Assembly: GCA_036850965.1 (NCBI GenBank) | Contig: JAZGQO010000011.1 | Span: 61,687,281-61,751,280 of the forward strand | Source: Patella caerulea | Taxonomy: Eukaryota | DNA: 64,000 nucleotides | Direction: 5' to 3' | Shown: in pieces, positions 14,180 to 26,505 of the stretch | How positions within the stretch are numbered: position 1 is the first letter of the stretch | How the letters are laid out: every line of letters starts with the position of its first letter | Made by a program: the position numbers and the translations under genes | Notes under the pieces: model-generated | Seen by the model: only the letters and a program-made list of their open reading frames with translations | The model's database searches: none | What the model was told of the DNA's origin: nothing

Positions 14180-14930
14180 TTAAATCATATTTTACTGACT
14201 AAACAATATTATAATATATACAATATGTATTACAATTACTTACCTTAAACAATAATATAATATACAACATGTATTATAATATAGGATACAATTACTTACC
14301 TTAAACAATATTATAATATATACAATTGAATTATAATATAGGATACAATTACTGACATTAAACAATATATACACAGAATGTATTATAATATATAAATATA
14401 TATATTAAAATACAATATATATAGGATACAATTACTGACTATAATATATACAATATTTATTATGATATATACAGGATACAATTACTGAATTTACTATAAT
14501 ATATATGCCGTATGAATTATAATATATTCATGATACAATTTGCTATAATATATAATATGCAATATGAATTTTAATATACATGGAACAATTACGGACTTAC
14601 AATGTAATACAATATGTATTCTATTATTATACAATATATACATTATAATACATAGTGTATATAAATATCACATTATGTATTAGAATGTGTTCAACGTGAT
14701 TTTTATATACATTGTATATTATAATATTATAAACAAACTTTACTATAATGTACAATATATATTTATATACAATATGCAAGATAATATGTATAATGTTATA
14801 CGTATATGCAATGTGTGATATATACATGAAACAATAACTGACTTGTTATATTATATAAAATGTGTATTATGATATCATGTAATTTATATTCAATGTTTAA
14901 TATATTCAATTTAATTGTGTATTACTATAG
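14180..14930. repeat. AT-rich satellite-like array of about 750 bp with a unit of about 55-60 bp.
   Basis: It repeats tataatataggatacaattacttaccttaaacaatattataatatatacaatatgtat with variation. ORF 14627..14827(-), which is Ile/Tyr/Asn-rich, is an artefact. Confidence 0.65.
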
Positions 14931-17217
14931 CCATTTAAAAACTTATTGAATCCTTGCACTACTTTTCTCAAATACAACGTTCGAAAAATCAAATTCTTAA
15001 TTTGTTGGATGCCCGAATAAATTTTGGAATGTACGACCTATCGCCCACCCAGATTTTGTAACCCTAACTCAAACGGTATCCTGTAACTTAAACCCGTTAA
15101 CATCCACTTATCCTGTTGGCGTAACCTATGTGGTCGAGACCTCTGTGGATGAAAACCACCATTAGAAATGAATAACCCCGGTGGAGTTGACGTGGCCTTA
15201 AGTCGGCTATCACCATGCCGATAAATCTGTTTGACGACCAGAGGAAATATTTATATCTACATGTACATATATATATATAATGAAAGATGTTTGTCAGAAA
15301 GCGGTCGGTTATATCAACACCTTTTAGATTCTGTACTGTGCCGTTATCAACAATATTTCACGCTTGTGCATCTCGCCAGAGCAATATTATTTTTATTGCC
15401 CGTCAACTGGAGAGCTATAATTTTGACATCAAACGATCGGATTGGTCGTAAGAGATTTAACATCTGTAAAAATCATAGTCGTTAAAACCATTAATACATA
15501 TATATATTCACATACATCGCAATGGTATTACAATCAAACAGGAAGTGCTGGGAGGAAATAGGGCCCCTTGATATTGCTAATTGATTCTAGATCGCGTTCT
15601 TGAAAAAATCCGTTACTTCTGCCGACTTAAAATCCCTTACTTAAAGAGTAATTATTCAAGAGCTAAATATGCCTATTGTAGGTTTTTCTTTAGACTTGAA
15701 ATGTTATTTTATTAACACGACAAGATCATAATCAACTCTCGATGCCATTGGATGGTCCCAATTTTAAGTAGATTAGAATGGTTCGGCCATTTTATGATTT
15801 AATTTAAAAATGGTTACGATAATAAACAACCAATGCACACATCTTGTCAAAACTACAAACAGTGATAACATCGCTCAGAATGAAGTAATTTGAATGAAAT
15901 GTTCAATAAATTCATTTTACAATATCTATTTTGAGCTTTTAAAGCAAAAAGGATCATTTCTTTATCTAAATCATACATAATGTATCTTTAATGTTGCATC
16001 AACATTTGTTTGTTTTTTTTTTGTTCTGAGATCTTTTATTTTATTCTCGTCGATTCATCTTGGAAAATGGCGTCAAACTCAGATAATTACAGGATATAAA
16101 AAGATTTACTAGTAATACAATAATCATATGTTATGATATATAATTATTTATAAAGATTTACTACAGTGTAATTATTATCTAATATAACATCATCAAATCT
16201 TTTCACGTCTATTTTCAACTAGTTTCACGCTTGTAATGACATGTACAATAAACCGACTTCATATACTATTGTGAATTTTTCAAACTTGAATACAGAAATT
16301 ATAATAGCTGATGGCTATCGTAGATTACCTTTCATGGAATAAAATGACAGGGCAAAGTTTTAAATTTAGGAGAATAAAGGCGATTATAATAATATCAGCT
16401 TTAAAACGGGAGGTCACCACATTGAATCTATGAATGAAACCATATTTTTTTTTTTAAAAAAAAAGAAGAAAATAATGGGCGAACACAGAATTATTACAGC
16501 CTATTTAAACATACAATATGCAAAAGCTAAAGCTGCCTATTGCAGGTCTTTCTTTAGATCTGAAATCTAAAATTCTCTGAAAGTAGTATCCGAGTTTACC
16601 ATCTTATTTTATGTTGGATAAGTATTTAAAACAGCAAGGGGATCTTTTACGTTCACGTCCATGTCTACACGGGTTGTTCCTCGGATCTTTGTACTTCCCG
16701 ACCGACTTGTCACATTTCCTTTTCAGTCCCATAGCCACGCCACCCGTGACAGGAGAGAATCAGGCTTGAAATTCCAGAAGGTTGTTTTTCACCCACAGCG
16801 GAATTCAAACTCGGGGCACTCTGGTGGAATATTGTCTTGACGAGACATTAAACCCCGTTCCATTTAAATCTCTATATAGCACCTTATACCACTAGTCCCG
16901 AAATGACCTAGTTTGTGTCGAGGTGACGTTAAACCCCATTTTCTCTTTATACCCCTTCTGGTTTTCATTGTCCCCATTTTATTTCTATCACGAAGGACTT
17001 GTCTGTCCGAAACGGCGATTAAAAGGCTTAAACGGCCATAAAGTCACATAAACACTGTTCACTTCAAAACTAGAAATTGTTGAGATTTTTAATCTTTTGT
17101 AATGTAGTCGGTTTTAATTTCTAACTGAATTTTATCGCTTTCTTGTTTTACACGAGACTTGTCAACTATTTAGACCTACAGCTAAGATATCCCAGCACTT
17201 AGAGCTGAAATAAATAG

Positions 17218-17360
17218 GGTGAAATGAATTGGGGTTTAAAGACCCAACTTTCTTCTCCTACTGGTACAACGAAGACTGGTATAATAACCACACAGTGTGC
17301 TGTAAAGGATAATTTTGCTCTGGCAATGACGTTTCGCTCACTCAGTATCGAATTCCAACT
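17218..17360 (-). mobile_element. SINE B fragment.
   Basis: aaatgaattggggtttaaagacccaactttcttctcctactggtacaacgaagactgg...cacagtgtgctgtaaaggataattttgctctggcaatgacg...atcgaattccaactttaaagg. Confidence 0.4.
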
Positions 17361-17439
17361 TTAAAGGGTACTCTTGCTAGCACATCAACGTTTTCGTACC
17401 GCCCGAACAACAAGGTTAGGACACGTTATTTTTTGGCGT

Positions 17440-17715
17440 GATTGTTGGTTAGGGCTAGGTCCAGGGTTGGGGTTGAGATTCAGGGGCGGATCCAGGATTT
17501 TCAGAAAGAGGGGGCGTGCTGCATTAGCTTGGGAGTGCGAAGCCCGGAACCGTGATTTTTGAGAGTAAAAAATGCCCACAAGGACTAATTTCGTACTAGT
17601 ACTGTAAATTACGATTTCCAACCTAAACTATTTTCCTTCTCCTTTCTCGCGAGAATATATGGAGCTAAACATTGTTCGACACCTCAAAAAATAGAGGCGG
17701 CGTGCGCCGGGTGCG
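17440..17715. repeat. Dispersed repeat family Y, copy 1. It is about 280 bp with GC-rich ends, ggatccgggattttcagaaaggggg ... ggcgtgcgccgggtgcgcccccc.
   Basis: It matches 34470-34760 (reverse) and 59340-59535 (reverse, with an internal deletion). The shared core is aatgcccacaaggactaatttc(g/a)tactagtact...atatatggagctaaa(a/c)attgttcg(a/c)cac. ORFs 17374..17562(+) and 17385..17621(-) are artefacts. Confidence 0.55.
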
Positions 17716-18534
17716 CCCCCCACTGGATCCGCGCCTAGGATTAGCGATAGCCATGTTTACATCTCGTGACCTTTGGCCAAACCTTTTGAAACAATTCATT
17801 GAGCTATTTCGTAGACTGCATAATGATTGTTGGAATTGAATCTTAATACTTATAAATTTATTAAGTAAAATTTCAGTCAAATTAATTGTGTCGACTAGAT
17901 CGATCCGTCCTTGGTGAGCTCCAGAAAAAGAGGTAGAAATAGAAGACAGACGGACAAACAAGAGGCACAGTATCACAGAATTAGACACGGTTTTAAACGG
18001 CATTAAATTTAAGACGATCATTTTAAACGGTGCATTGTTTAAATTGAATTTAGACTGACAGGTAGTCATTACTGTCACTCAGATTATTGGACGATTAACA
18101 TCCATTAGCTGCGTATCAAAATAGTCGCTCGCGAACGGGAAAACTGCACGTGTCATTTGGCGCCCTCAAGGGAAGTAACCAGATAAGTTTATATCTAAAT
18201 ATAGACCACAAATTGTGTATGGAATGCTTATTACGTCAATTAATTAGTTGATACAGTGTTGAGTTATTAAAGCTAACGTTATTATTGTCTGTGTTAAGTT
18301 ATCTATAATAAAGGAACAATGGCTGATTGTAGTTTAAGGTTTAAAGTTGTAATACGATCTGTGACAATCTGGTGTTGATGACGATGATGTGACGTAGAGA
18401 TGCTAGAGGCGGAAGATTGTCAACATGTCTTGAAGACCATTATAACACCTGCGCTTTTTTTTTTGTATTTATGTTAAATTCAAATTTGTATTTATTTTTT
18501 AAACCAAGGACGTGTTCATTCATGTTACTCAGTA

Positions 18535-18835
18535 AGGCGCCGACTCACTAACCCGGAGGGCTCGTGTTCTCTCTCGACGTTTGCCGAGAAAGTTCATCGA
18601 GATTTTCTGGGATGACTTCCCCTTAGCGTTGGTGCAGCGTGGATCTCCTGGATGGCAAAACAACTTTCGGATGGGACGAAAGAAAAAACAGAGGTTCCGT
18701 GTAATTTAGAATACGAAATAGGAGTAGGCCGTAGCGCCCTTTCCGACCAAAATTCCCCTCACAGTAAAGTGCATGAGGCATGCCTGTCTTCTTAAAAGAT
18801 GGATGTTATACACCCTTTCATTTCATTTCATTTAA
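18535..18835 (+). mobile_element. SINE B copy, forward orientation.
   Basis: cgacgtttgccgagaaagttcatcgagattttctggg...tggatggcaaaacaactttcggatgggacgaaagaaaaaacagaggttccgtgtaattt...gtaggccgtagcgccctttccgaccaaaattcccctcacagtaaagtgcatgaggcatgcctgtcttc...tttcatttcatttcattt. Confidence 0.55.
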
Positions 18836-19689
18836 GTTAAAGGAGCTAAACTCAATATTCCCCATAATATTCGAAATCAGAAAAACGAATTAGATTTTAT
18901 TATCGGTCCATTTCTATCAATATTCTATCCCAATATTTAATATTTAAGACACAACGTAAAGTGCATTTTAAAGTCAGTACACGACCGGTGTACTGTATGT
19001 TTGTGAAATAGCTTCAATTGAACGCCCGCTTCCACCGAAGTGGTATCGGAGACACGTGTTCTGTATAGTTTTCGGACACCATTTGTAATGAACAACGAAA
19101 AACACATCGTACAAGACAACACGAAGGTTATTAGTAATGGCTGATTCTCAAACGACAAAATAATAATTATAAAAAATGCACTAAGCAGAATGCACTAAGC
19201 AGACGTAGACGACTATTTCTCCAGACATAATTGATTAGAAATTACAATATATTTTCTTTGAAAATTGAATATAAATCACTCTATGTACATTCATATTACA
19301 CCAGTTTGTGCTTCTAGACCCATTTTGGTCTATTTCAAGGATACACAAAATAGAGCAATACACCCTTTAACGTTTATGTTATTTCACTATATAGCAGGAT
19401 ATCTATAAATTCAACAAAAGGCGTTTTTTTATATTGTCACACCTGTTTTATGTGTTTATGTTTAAAAGTCGTGAATGTAAATTTAGAGATTTCCTACTTT
19501 CCCTTACACATCATAATATGGTATTTATTTCTGTCAACTAGACACAAGATTTTATAATCCACCTTATGCAAATTTATTCATCATTTTCTCGTGTTTGGTA
19601 TGGCCATGGGCAATATACTAATAATTGTCATATTTTTAAAGTATTTAATACATTACTAAGCATGATTGTGCTTGACGTATATCATGTCT

Positions 19690-20140
19690 ACCGATAACAC
19701 TGTATAACTGCAGTTGTTTGGTAATAATACTCTGTGGATCTGCAGTTGTTTAGTCATTATTCACTGTGGAACTGTAGTTTTTGAGCTATTGTACACTCAC
19801 GTGTCTAGCTACATTTCTTTAGATATACGCTGAATACCAACAGTTTTTTTTAGATATCATCATTGTATAACTTCAGTTGTTTACATATTATAAGTCTACA
19901 ATATAGAAATTCCGTTATTTGGTTATAATACACGATACAACTGCAGTTGTTTAGTTATAATACACGATACAACTGCAGTTGTTTAGTTATTATACACTAT
20001 ATACATGTAACTGCAGTTGTTTAGTTATTATACACTATCTAACTGCAATTGATCAGATTTTACCCATTGTGTGACTGCAGTTGTTTATTTATTATATACT
20101 GCATAACTGCAGTTATTTGGATATTACAGTTGTTTTGATA
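19690..20140. repeat. Minisatellite with a unit of about 35-40 bp containing aactgcagttgtttagttattatacac.
   Basis: About 11 tandem units each contain ctgcagttgtt(t/a) and tatacac(t/g)at. Confidence 0.7.
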
Positions 20141-20234
20141 TAGTGATATATTTAACATTAAACTTATTTCAGATGAAATATAAATCTTGTCCTTAAGATA
20201 TTATATGATTAAAACTTAAAAATAAACGCGCGCG

Positions 20235-20470
20235 AGAGGGTGGGGTTTAACGTCCACTCGACATAAACTAGTTCATACCGAAACTAACATATGGTTCAAT
20301 TTTGTCTTTAGCAGTGGGAGTAAACGGGAGAGCCCGGAGGAAACGGGAAAGCCCGGAGAAAACTCTTATCCTGTCCTTGTCACATACAACCGGGGAATCG
20401 AAACCACGCCAGTTGACTCAATGACAGACCTTATGACAAAACGCCCACGTGTTAACCAATCGGCCATTTA
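20235..20470 (-). mobile_element. SINE A2, reverse orientation.
   Basis: On the + strand it reads gagggtggggtttaacgtccactcgacataaactag...caaccggggaatcgaaaccacgccagttgactcaatgacagacc. Confidence 0.7.
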
Positions 20471-20924
20471 CCCCCGCCCACGTAACAAAGAACATGTATA
20501 TAAGAATGAAAGAAATTTTAAGATAAAAGTTCTATTTATTATCTATATTTTACATTATCATTGCCAATGAGATTTAGCCTTTCTATAACTATCACCACGA
20601 CGATAATGAATGTGTAATACCGTTATAGATCGTTTCACAGAACAAAACACTTATTCTTCAAATATTGTTTTTAAAAAGTATAAATTTTATTAGATTTTAA
20701 ATGATACTTTATGAATGATAAATGATATTTTATGAATGATAAATGGGAACATTACGGGCTATTATTTCTACAATGAATCAAAATTTAGTAGGTAAAACGT
20801 GAAAATTAAAATTTACTTTACGTTTTTTTTTTATTTTGGTCTAGACTGTTTAATTGTTTTAACTTTGATAAAGTCAAGGTCGAATCCGTACAGAAATCCC
20901 CGGCAATTTATGCCCTCGGAACAA

Positions 20925-21180
20925 TAGAATGAAATGAGGTTTAACGTCCAAACTGTTCTGCTCCTATTCTGGGCTAATGAAGACGGACATACGCCAGACA
21001 GTGTGCTATGAGTGACATTTTGCCCAAACAGCGGTACTTAGGTCTGCTCTTATATGCCATTCTAACTGCCAGTGTGTACACAGGACCTCGCTTTTTTGTC
21101 CCATCAGAACGACTAGACAGCTGTCCATGTCATGCCCCCCCCCCCGTCTTGAATCACTGACAAGGATAAACTACGCCGGA
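20925..21180 (-). mobile_element. SINE B, reverse orientation, ending in a C11 run.
   Basis: gaatgaaatgaggtttaacgtccaaactg...gctaatgaagacggacatacgccagacagtgtgctatgagtgacattttgcccaaacagcgg...gtcccatcagaacgactagacagctgtcc. Confidence 0.6.
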
Positions 21181-21939
21181 ATATCTGGATGAACAAAGAA
21201 TGACCATATCTTAGTATTGTTTTTTCTTCACATCCGAACGCTATAACACTTTTCCTTGCCAGACCCTTCCGCGGGTCCTCTTTATAGGTGAAAGAAAAAC
21301 CATACTGGAATTTGGAAAATCCTAAGAAACTTCCTCTGCTAACGTGCGAAAGGAGGCCGAAACCTTCCTTTGCTAAGGTGGGAAAGAAGGCCGAAACCTG
21401 GTTAGACGATGGTCGCACTTTCTGAGCAATCATGGGTCTCTGGACCTGATACAGTCATGATATCCGTAAAAGACGCTGAGTGTGATTTTAGCGTTATAGA
21501 ATACCTTGCAAACTATAACTTTGTAAAAGTTAATGTCTAAGCAGTTCAAAAATAGTTCAATTCCATTTAGTATATACAAAGGTATTGCGATTCGAAAAAT
21601 CCATCGGCCTATAGCGTTGGTATATTGATTCGTAATTAAATAATAAATAATCAATCCGAGTACATAGTAGCATGAATTAACCCTGGGGAATTTAATATTT
21701 CCTGAAATATGCAACTTACTTGTAATTCAAAACCTGTTCTGTACCTGTTCACTATTGAATTTCTATCAACATGGCTGACTTTTTATTTAATAGACTTACA
21801 AGTTCAAATCAGCTGATTCGGGATTTGTACGTATTTATTTTATCCAATTATAATTAAGTAACTAAATTTTCGAAATGTCGGGAAGAAAATATGTAGCCAT
21901 CTAATCTGAATACGGTTTAAAAAGGTTGAAGTGTGGATT

Positions 21940-22560
21940 CAAATGGTATAATTTAATATTTTGTTTTACAATAACTTCTCCCTATACGTTACCTTAACTT
22001 CTCCCTATACTTTACAATAAATTCTCCCTCTAAATCACAAAATGGTATAAATTAATAATTTAATAAAATTTCCTCCACAAAATTATTTTTTTGTACTTTC
22101 TAAATGTTTCCAGGGGTAAACTCGACGAAAATGGTTTTGGATCACTGATTTACATAGTTTTGGTCATCAACATAATGGTTCTGAGTTGAGATTTACAACA
22201 GCTATATCATTATAATAAATAAAAGAGTGGACACCATTTTAGTTTGATATTTCGTGTTAAAATAGAATAAATCATGTTAATAGTCAGCATAGTTCAACAT
22301 TTTATTAAAATATGGCGGACCCGTATTCCCATCAATCTTAATTTACATTATCCTAGAATTTTCTCATCACAATACAGTATAATTTAATAGCTTTACAATA
22401 ACTTCCCCCCTTTAAATTATAATAGTATAATTTAATATTTTAAAAATAACTTCTCCCTCTAAATCAAAATGGCATCTTTTAATATTTTTTACAATAGCTA
22501 CTCCCTCTAAATCACAAAATGGTAGAAATGAAAATTTTGAAATTATTTTTTCCTCTAATT
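21940..22560. repeat. Minisatellite with a unit of about 50-60 bp (aatggtataatttaatatttt...acaataacttctccctctaaatcac).
   Basis: The motifs ttctccct(a/c)ta(c/a) and aatggtataa(a/t)ttaata recur across about 600 bp in two blocks, 21940-22080 and 22370-22560. Confidence 0.55.
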
Positions 22561-23689
22561 CATTTTTTTCAGGGATGGGGCTTTCTTGAGAACTTATAAG
22601 TTAATTCAGAATGAAAAAAAAGAAGAAAACGAGCCATGCTTGTTTATTAGTTGTTGATCTCCGTTTGCATTGTTAGGACAATATCTAATTTTTCACGAAT
22701 AAAATTATGGGGGCTTGGATTCAATCGTATTATCACCATATCCTATTTTGCGGTGGGTGTCGAATATTGATAAATATTGAATTCATCATATCTGTCTAAA
22801 TACTGAACGGAATTGAGCCATTTTCAGACTGATATTCATATCAGAGACGAAACTTTCACAATATTATGGTGTACATGGGATCACAAACCCTTCAAATCAG
22901 TTAATTTAGAATAAAAAACAAAGGGCCATTATAGATTTGTCAGATTTTGTATTTCTTGACTTTTATTAAGTTTGGAAATTTAGAATTACATTATTTAAAA
23001 CCCATTATCATTTTCCCTTTCAATCATTGGGATGTTCTAATTTGGTATATATATATATCATATTAATAAAGCCATTTTAATGCGATAGACAAAAGCGAAA
23101 CTATGAAATTGAACTGAAAACTACATTCGTCATAACGGAGCCCCGGGGAGAATTTGTCTCGTGCAGTCCACGTGGAATTGGGGTGTTATCATTTTAATGG
23201 CATAGATTATCACCCTGAACACCCAGACGCTTTTAGAATCAATTTAGCAATCTGAATAAACATTAGTCGTTAATTATTAATTGATTGACGCCGAATTTAT
23301 AATTGCGGTTAATTGACTGAGTAAGAGAAAATATTGTAAATGAATTCTCCAATTATTCTATATGGCTATGATTTCATTTACAGACCTTTTAAATTTAAGG
23401 AGACAGAAAAAGAATTTAATTATATGTAGCCTACAATACATCACTTCCGGCACTCATTTAAATCTTTTCAAACTAAACGATAATTTTTCAGAATAATGAT
23501 TATTAATTTCTAAAGGGTTCCTTTTCGACAAGATTTAAAAGAAAACTGAGTATTGTTTTTGCAATGTCCATGCTAATTCATTGCAGGCCAGTTCGTGAAT
23601 TTCCGGAGTCGCATAATATAAATAAGTATTGGGGGGGGGGGGGATATTCGCATGGACATTGCAAAAACAGTATTCACATGGAAAGATAT

Positions 23690-24470
23690 AAAACAAAACA
23701 AAAGATAAATGAAAAAGTAGTCAAATGACACAGGAAACAATTAATTACACGGAAACAATAAAAACAATATTCAAATGTTTACAGTAAATTATTTATATGG
23801 CAAATGGAGACAGTAAAAAATCATTCACATGGAAATAGTATACAAAATATTTCACATGGAAACAGTACCAAATATTCACATTGAAATAAATATTCTTATG
23901 GGAAAGGTAAAAAATATTCACACGGAAACCTTCACCTGGACACATGGAAATGGTAAAAAAAATTATTCATATCGAAACAGAACAACATATTCACATGGAA
24001 ATGTCAAAAATAATATTCACATGGATATATTAAAAAAATACTCATATGGAAATATTAAAAAAACCCCAATAACATGGAATATTAAAAAAACCAATAACAT
24101 GGAAATATAAAAAAAACCCAAAACAAATAACATGGAAACATTACATATGATTCACCTCAAGCAAAAATATATTTACACGGAAACAGCAGATCATATTCAT
24201 TGGAAATGTAAAAAATATTCATATGGAAACAACATCAAAATTCCACATGGAAACAGAAAACAATATTAACATATTTAATAACTGCACAAAAGTGAAACAG
24301 TAAAAATTTTTTTTAAATGGAAACAGTAAAAAATATTCACGTGGAAACAGTGAAAAGTAATGACGTGGAAACAATTAAATTTATTCACATGGCAAGAACA
24401 ACAAAATTCCACATGAAAACGGAAAGCAATATTCACATGAAAAAAAAAAAAGAGAAAAAAATAACAATCA
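23690..24470. repeat. Tandem array of about 780 bp with a unit of about 25-30 bp, ttcacatggaaacagtaaaaaatat.
   Basis: There are about 28 degenerate units, each containing cacatgg and aaaca. ORF 23829..24110(+), with the periodic peptide ...HMETV...HME..., is an artefact. Confidence 0.75.
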
Positions 24471-24547
24471 TTTAATAACGGTCATATCGTAACCATGCAT
24501 TAAAGGAGCTAACTCCTATCAATTGACATATATCCTTGGAAACGCAT

Positions 24548-24915
24548 ATAATAATGTAATATGAACGTATATAAATTAAATTACATTCAATCGTTTCCTT
24601 ATTTACTCAGTTATGTTCGGCGAAATGAGTGTCGAGTCTCAATCGAATGTTAATTTCCAGCGCCTGGTTATTCCAGTCTACACCGGTAGTATTTATGCTC
24701 ATGCTCTCCATGCAGATACGAATATGAAGTCACCTTTGACATGACTTGAGAAACATATGTAGCCACGTTTTTCGAGTCCCTTGTAACAAATGGCGCTGGA
24801 ACGCACACTGGTACACGTTTCGTGTACCATTGTTAAAATGTTTATTTTGTTTAGGGATATCATAAGCGCATCTTTTCCCGGCAATATCACAACACCAATG
24901 TTGATTTAAATAGAA
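24548..24915 (+). repeat. Dispersed repeat family X, copy 1.
   Basis: It is about 80% identical to 29740-30075 (...ttacattcaatcgtttcc...ggttattccagtctaca...ggtacacg(t/a)ttcgtgt(a/t)cca(t/a)tg(t/g)taaaatgtttattttgt...cttttcccg...caatgttgatttaaat). It is inverted relative to 41205-41400. ORF 24699..24890(-) is an artefact. Confidence 0.6.
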
Positions 24916-25189
24916 AAATAAGTCCGTAGATGATTGTACTTTAATACAGAAATTTGTAACAAATGTAATTTTGAGACGCTATCTCGGTTCTCCTTGTAGT
25001 CTAACTATTAACAGCACTTCATCAGTTACCTCTCACCTGTGGGGAGCTGCGCTAACCAGGGGGTATTGCTTACATGAAACACGCCACTAAGGTTAATCTC
25101 GATTCACGCTGAAATTGGACTGGGTCATTCATACTAGTGATAATGTGGTATCCAAAACCACTGAAACAGCTCCCTGAGCTCCCCCCCAC

Positions 25190-25437
25190 CCCTCGTTGTC
25201 AGTGACGCTGGACGAAGGACCTTACAAGGACAACTGTCTAGTTGAGCGGATGGGACGAAAAACCGAGGTACCGTGTACACAAAGATCCCTTGACAGTTTG
25301 AATTCGATAGAAGCGTAGGCCGTCGCTGTCAGGACAAAATTCCTTCATAGCACACTGCGTGGTGTATGCTTGTCTTCGATAGCCCCGCAGTTCGGAGCAG
25401 AACAGTAGGACGTTAAACCCAATTTCATTTTTATTGG
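25190..25437 (+). mobile_element. SINE B, truncated at the 5' end.
   Basis: ...gtcagtgacgctggacgaaggacc...gagcggatgggacgaaaaaccgaggtaccgtgtacac...gttcggagcagaacagtaggacgttaaacccaatttcatttttatt. ORF 25238..25450(-) is an artefact. Confidence 0.65.
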
Positions 25438-26505
25438 CAATAGTTAGCATTTAACCCCTGTGTCGGAAACTGCCCAACGATAAGGGGCGGGGATGGCAAC
25501 AAGAGTTACAGATTCCCGCAACATGTTCTCGACCCACATCGGGACTTGAACCGAAACACCTATTCGAAATTTCAATCCCTATCTAGTCGACAACTGCGGT
25601 TGGCTACAGCAATTGGAAGGTGTATCTCACTATGTAATTATCTACGAGTTATGCATTATTTAACACAGAACTGTGTTTAATATCCCTGTTAGTTGTTTCA
25701 CCGTGTTACAGTCATGATAGGTGTATAATAAGTACAATATCTACTGACAGATTGTACCCCCGAGCTTCAATTCACCGCTTTCATCTCTGACAGATCCTAA
25801 CAGCCGTTTTTACCCGCTGCGCATGTCCTACATGACACGTCTGTTTCAAGTTGTAAGGAGCCGCCATGTTTGTTTTATACGTACAAGATGATAGATTAGG
25901 CGTTTAGTCGACAATGGTGATTACCACAGACGTACACGCGTTTCTTAAAGAAAAACAAAACTATGAATAATTTAGTTAAACGCCGTCTTTAAATCCACAA
26001 TTTAGAATTAATTAACATGCAAAACAAACAAGTGGTAGATAATTATGTAAATAAGAAGTAAAATTTATGACGTAAATAAAACCAGCAGGTCGTGTTACGT
26101 GTCTTGTTAGAAAGAACGTGATGGTTCCTGTCATTTTTTTTTTTTTGCTTTTATGTCCGACTTTTTCTCCTTTTTTTCAAACAAATACTCAGTTCAAGTG
26201 TACTTAATTCCGTTTTTAATATGTCTAGCAATCCAGTCAACTTCAATAGGCGTACAATGTAAACACAACAGGCGTACGTCAATAGACCTTGCATAGGCCT
26301 ACATTGATCGTCAAATAGGTCTATCATGTCATCCCACCTCAATAGACCTATCATATTAAAACTCTAATGACAGTTAGGTGTGTGAGGTTTCAGATTGGGG
26401 TGACACATTGCTAATGTAATAATGTTTTTTTTCAACATGTTAGGATAATTTGTTTGTTTATTTCCAATGAAAACTGTACTTAATAATATTTTTTTCTCAT
26501 TACAG

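Noticed and set aside
23829-24110. 93-aa ORF with the periodic HMETV/HMEI peptide, and ORF 14627..14827- (Ile/Tyr/Asn-rich)
   Set aside because: These are translations of tandem-repeat arrays (the 27-bp and AT-rich satellites). The periodicity comes from the repeat unit.
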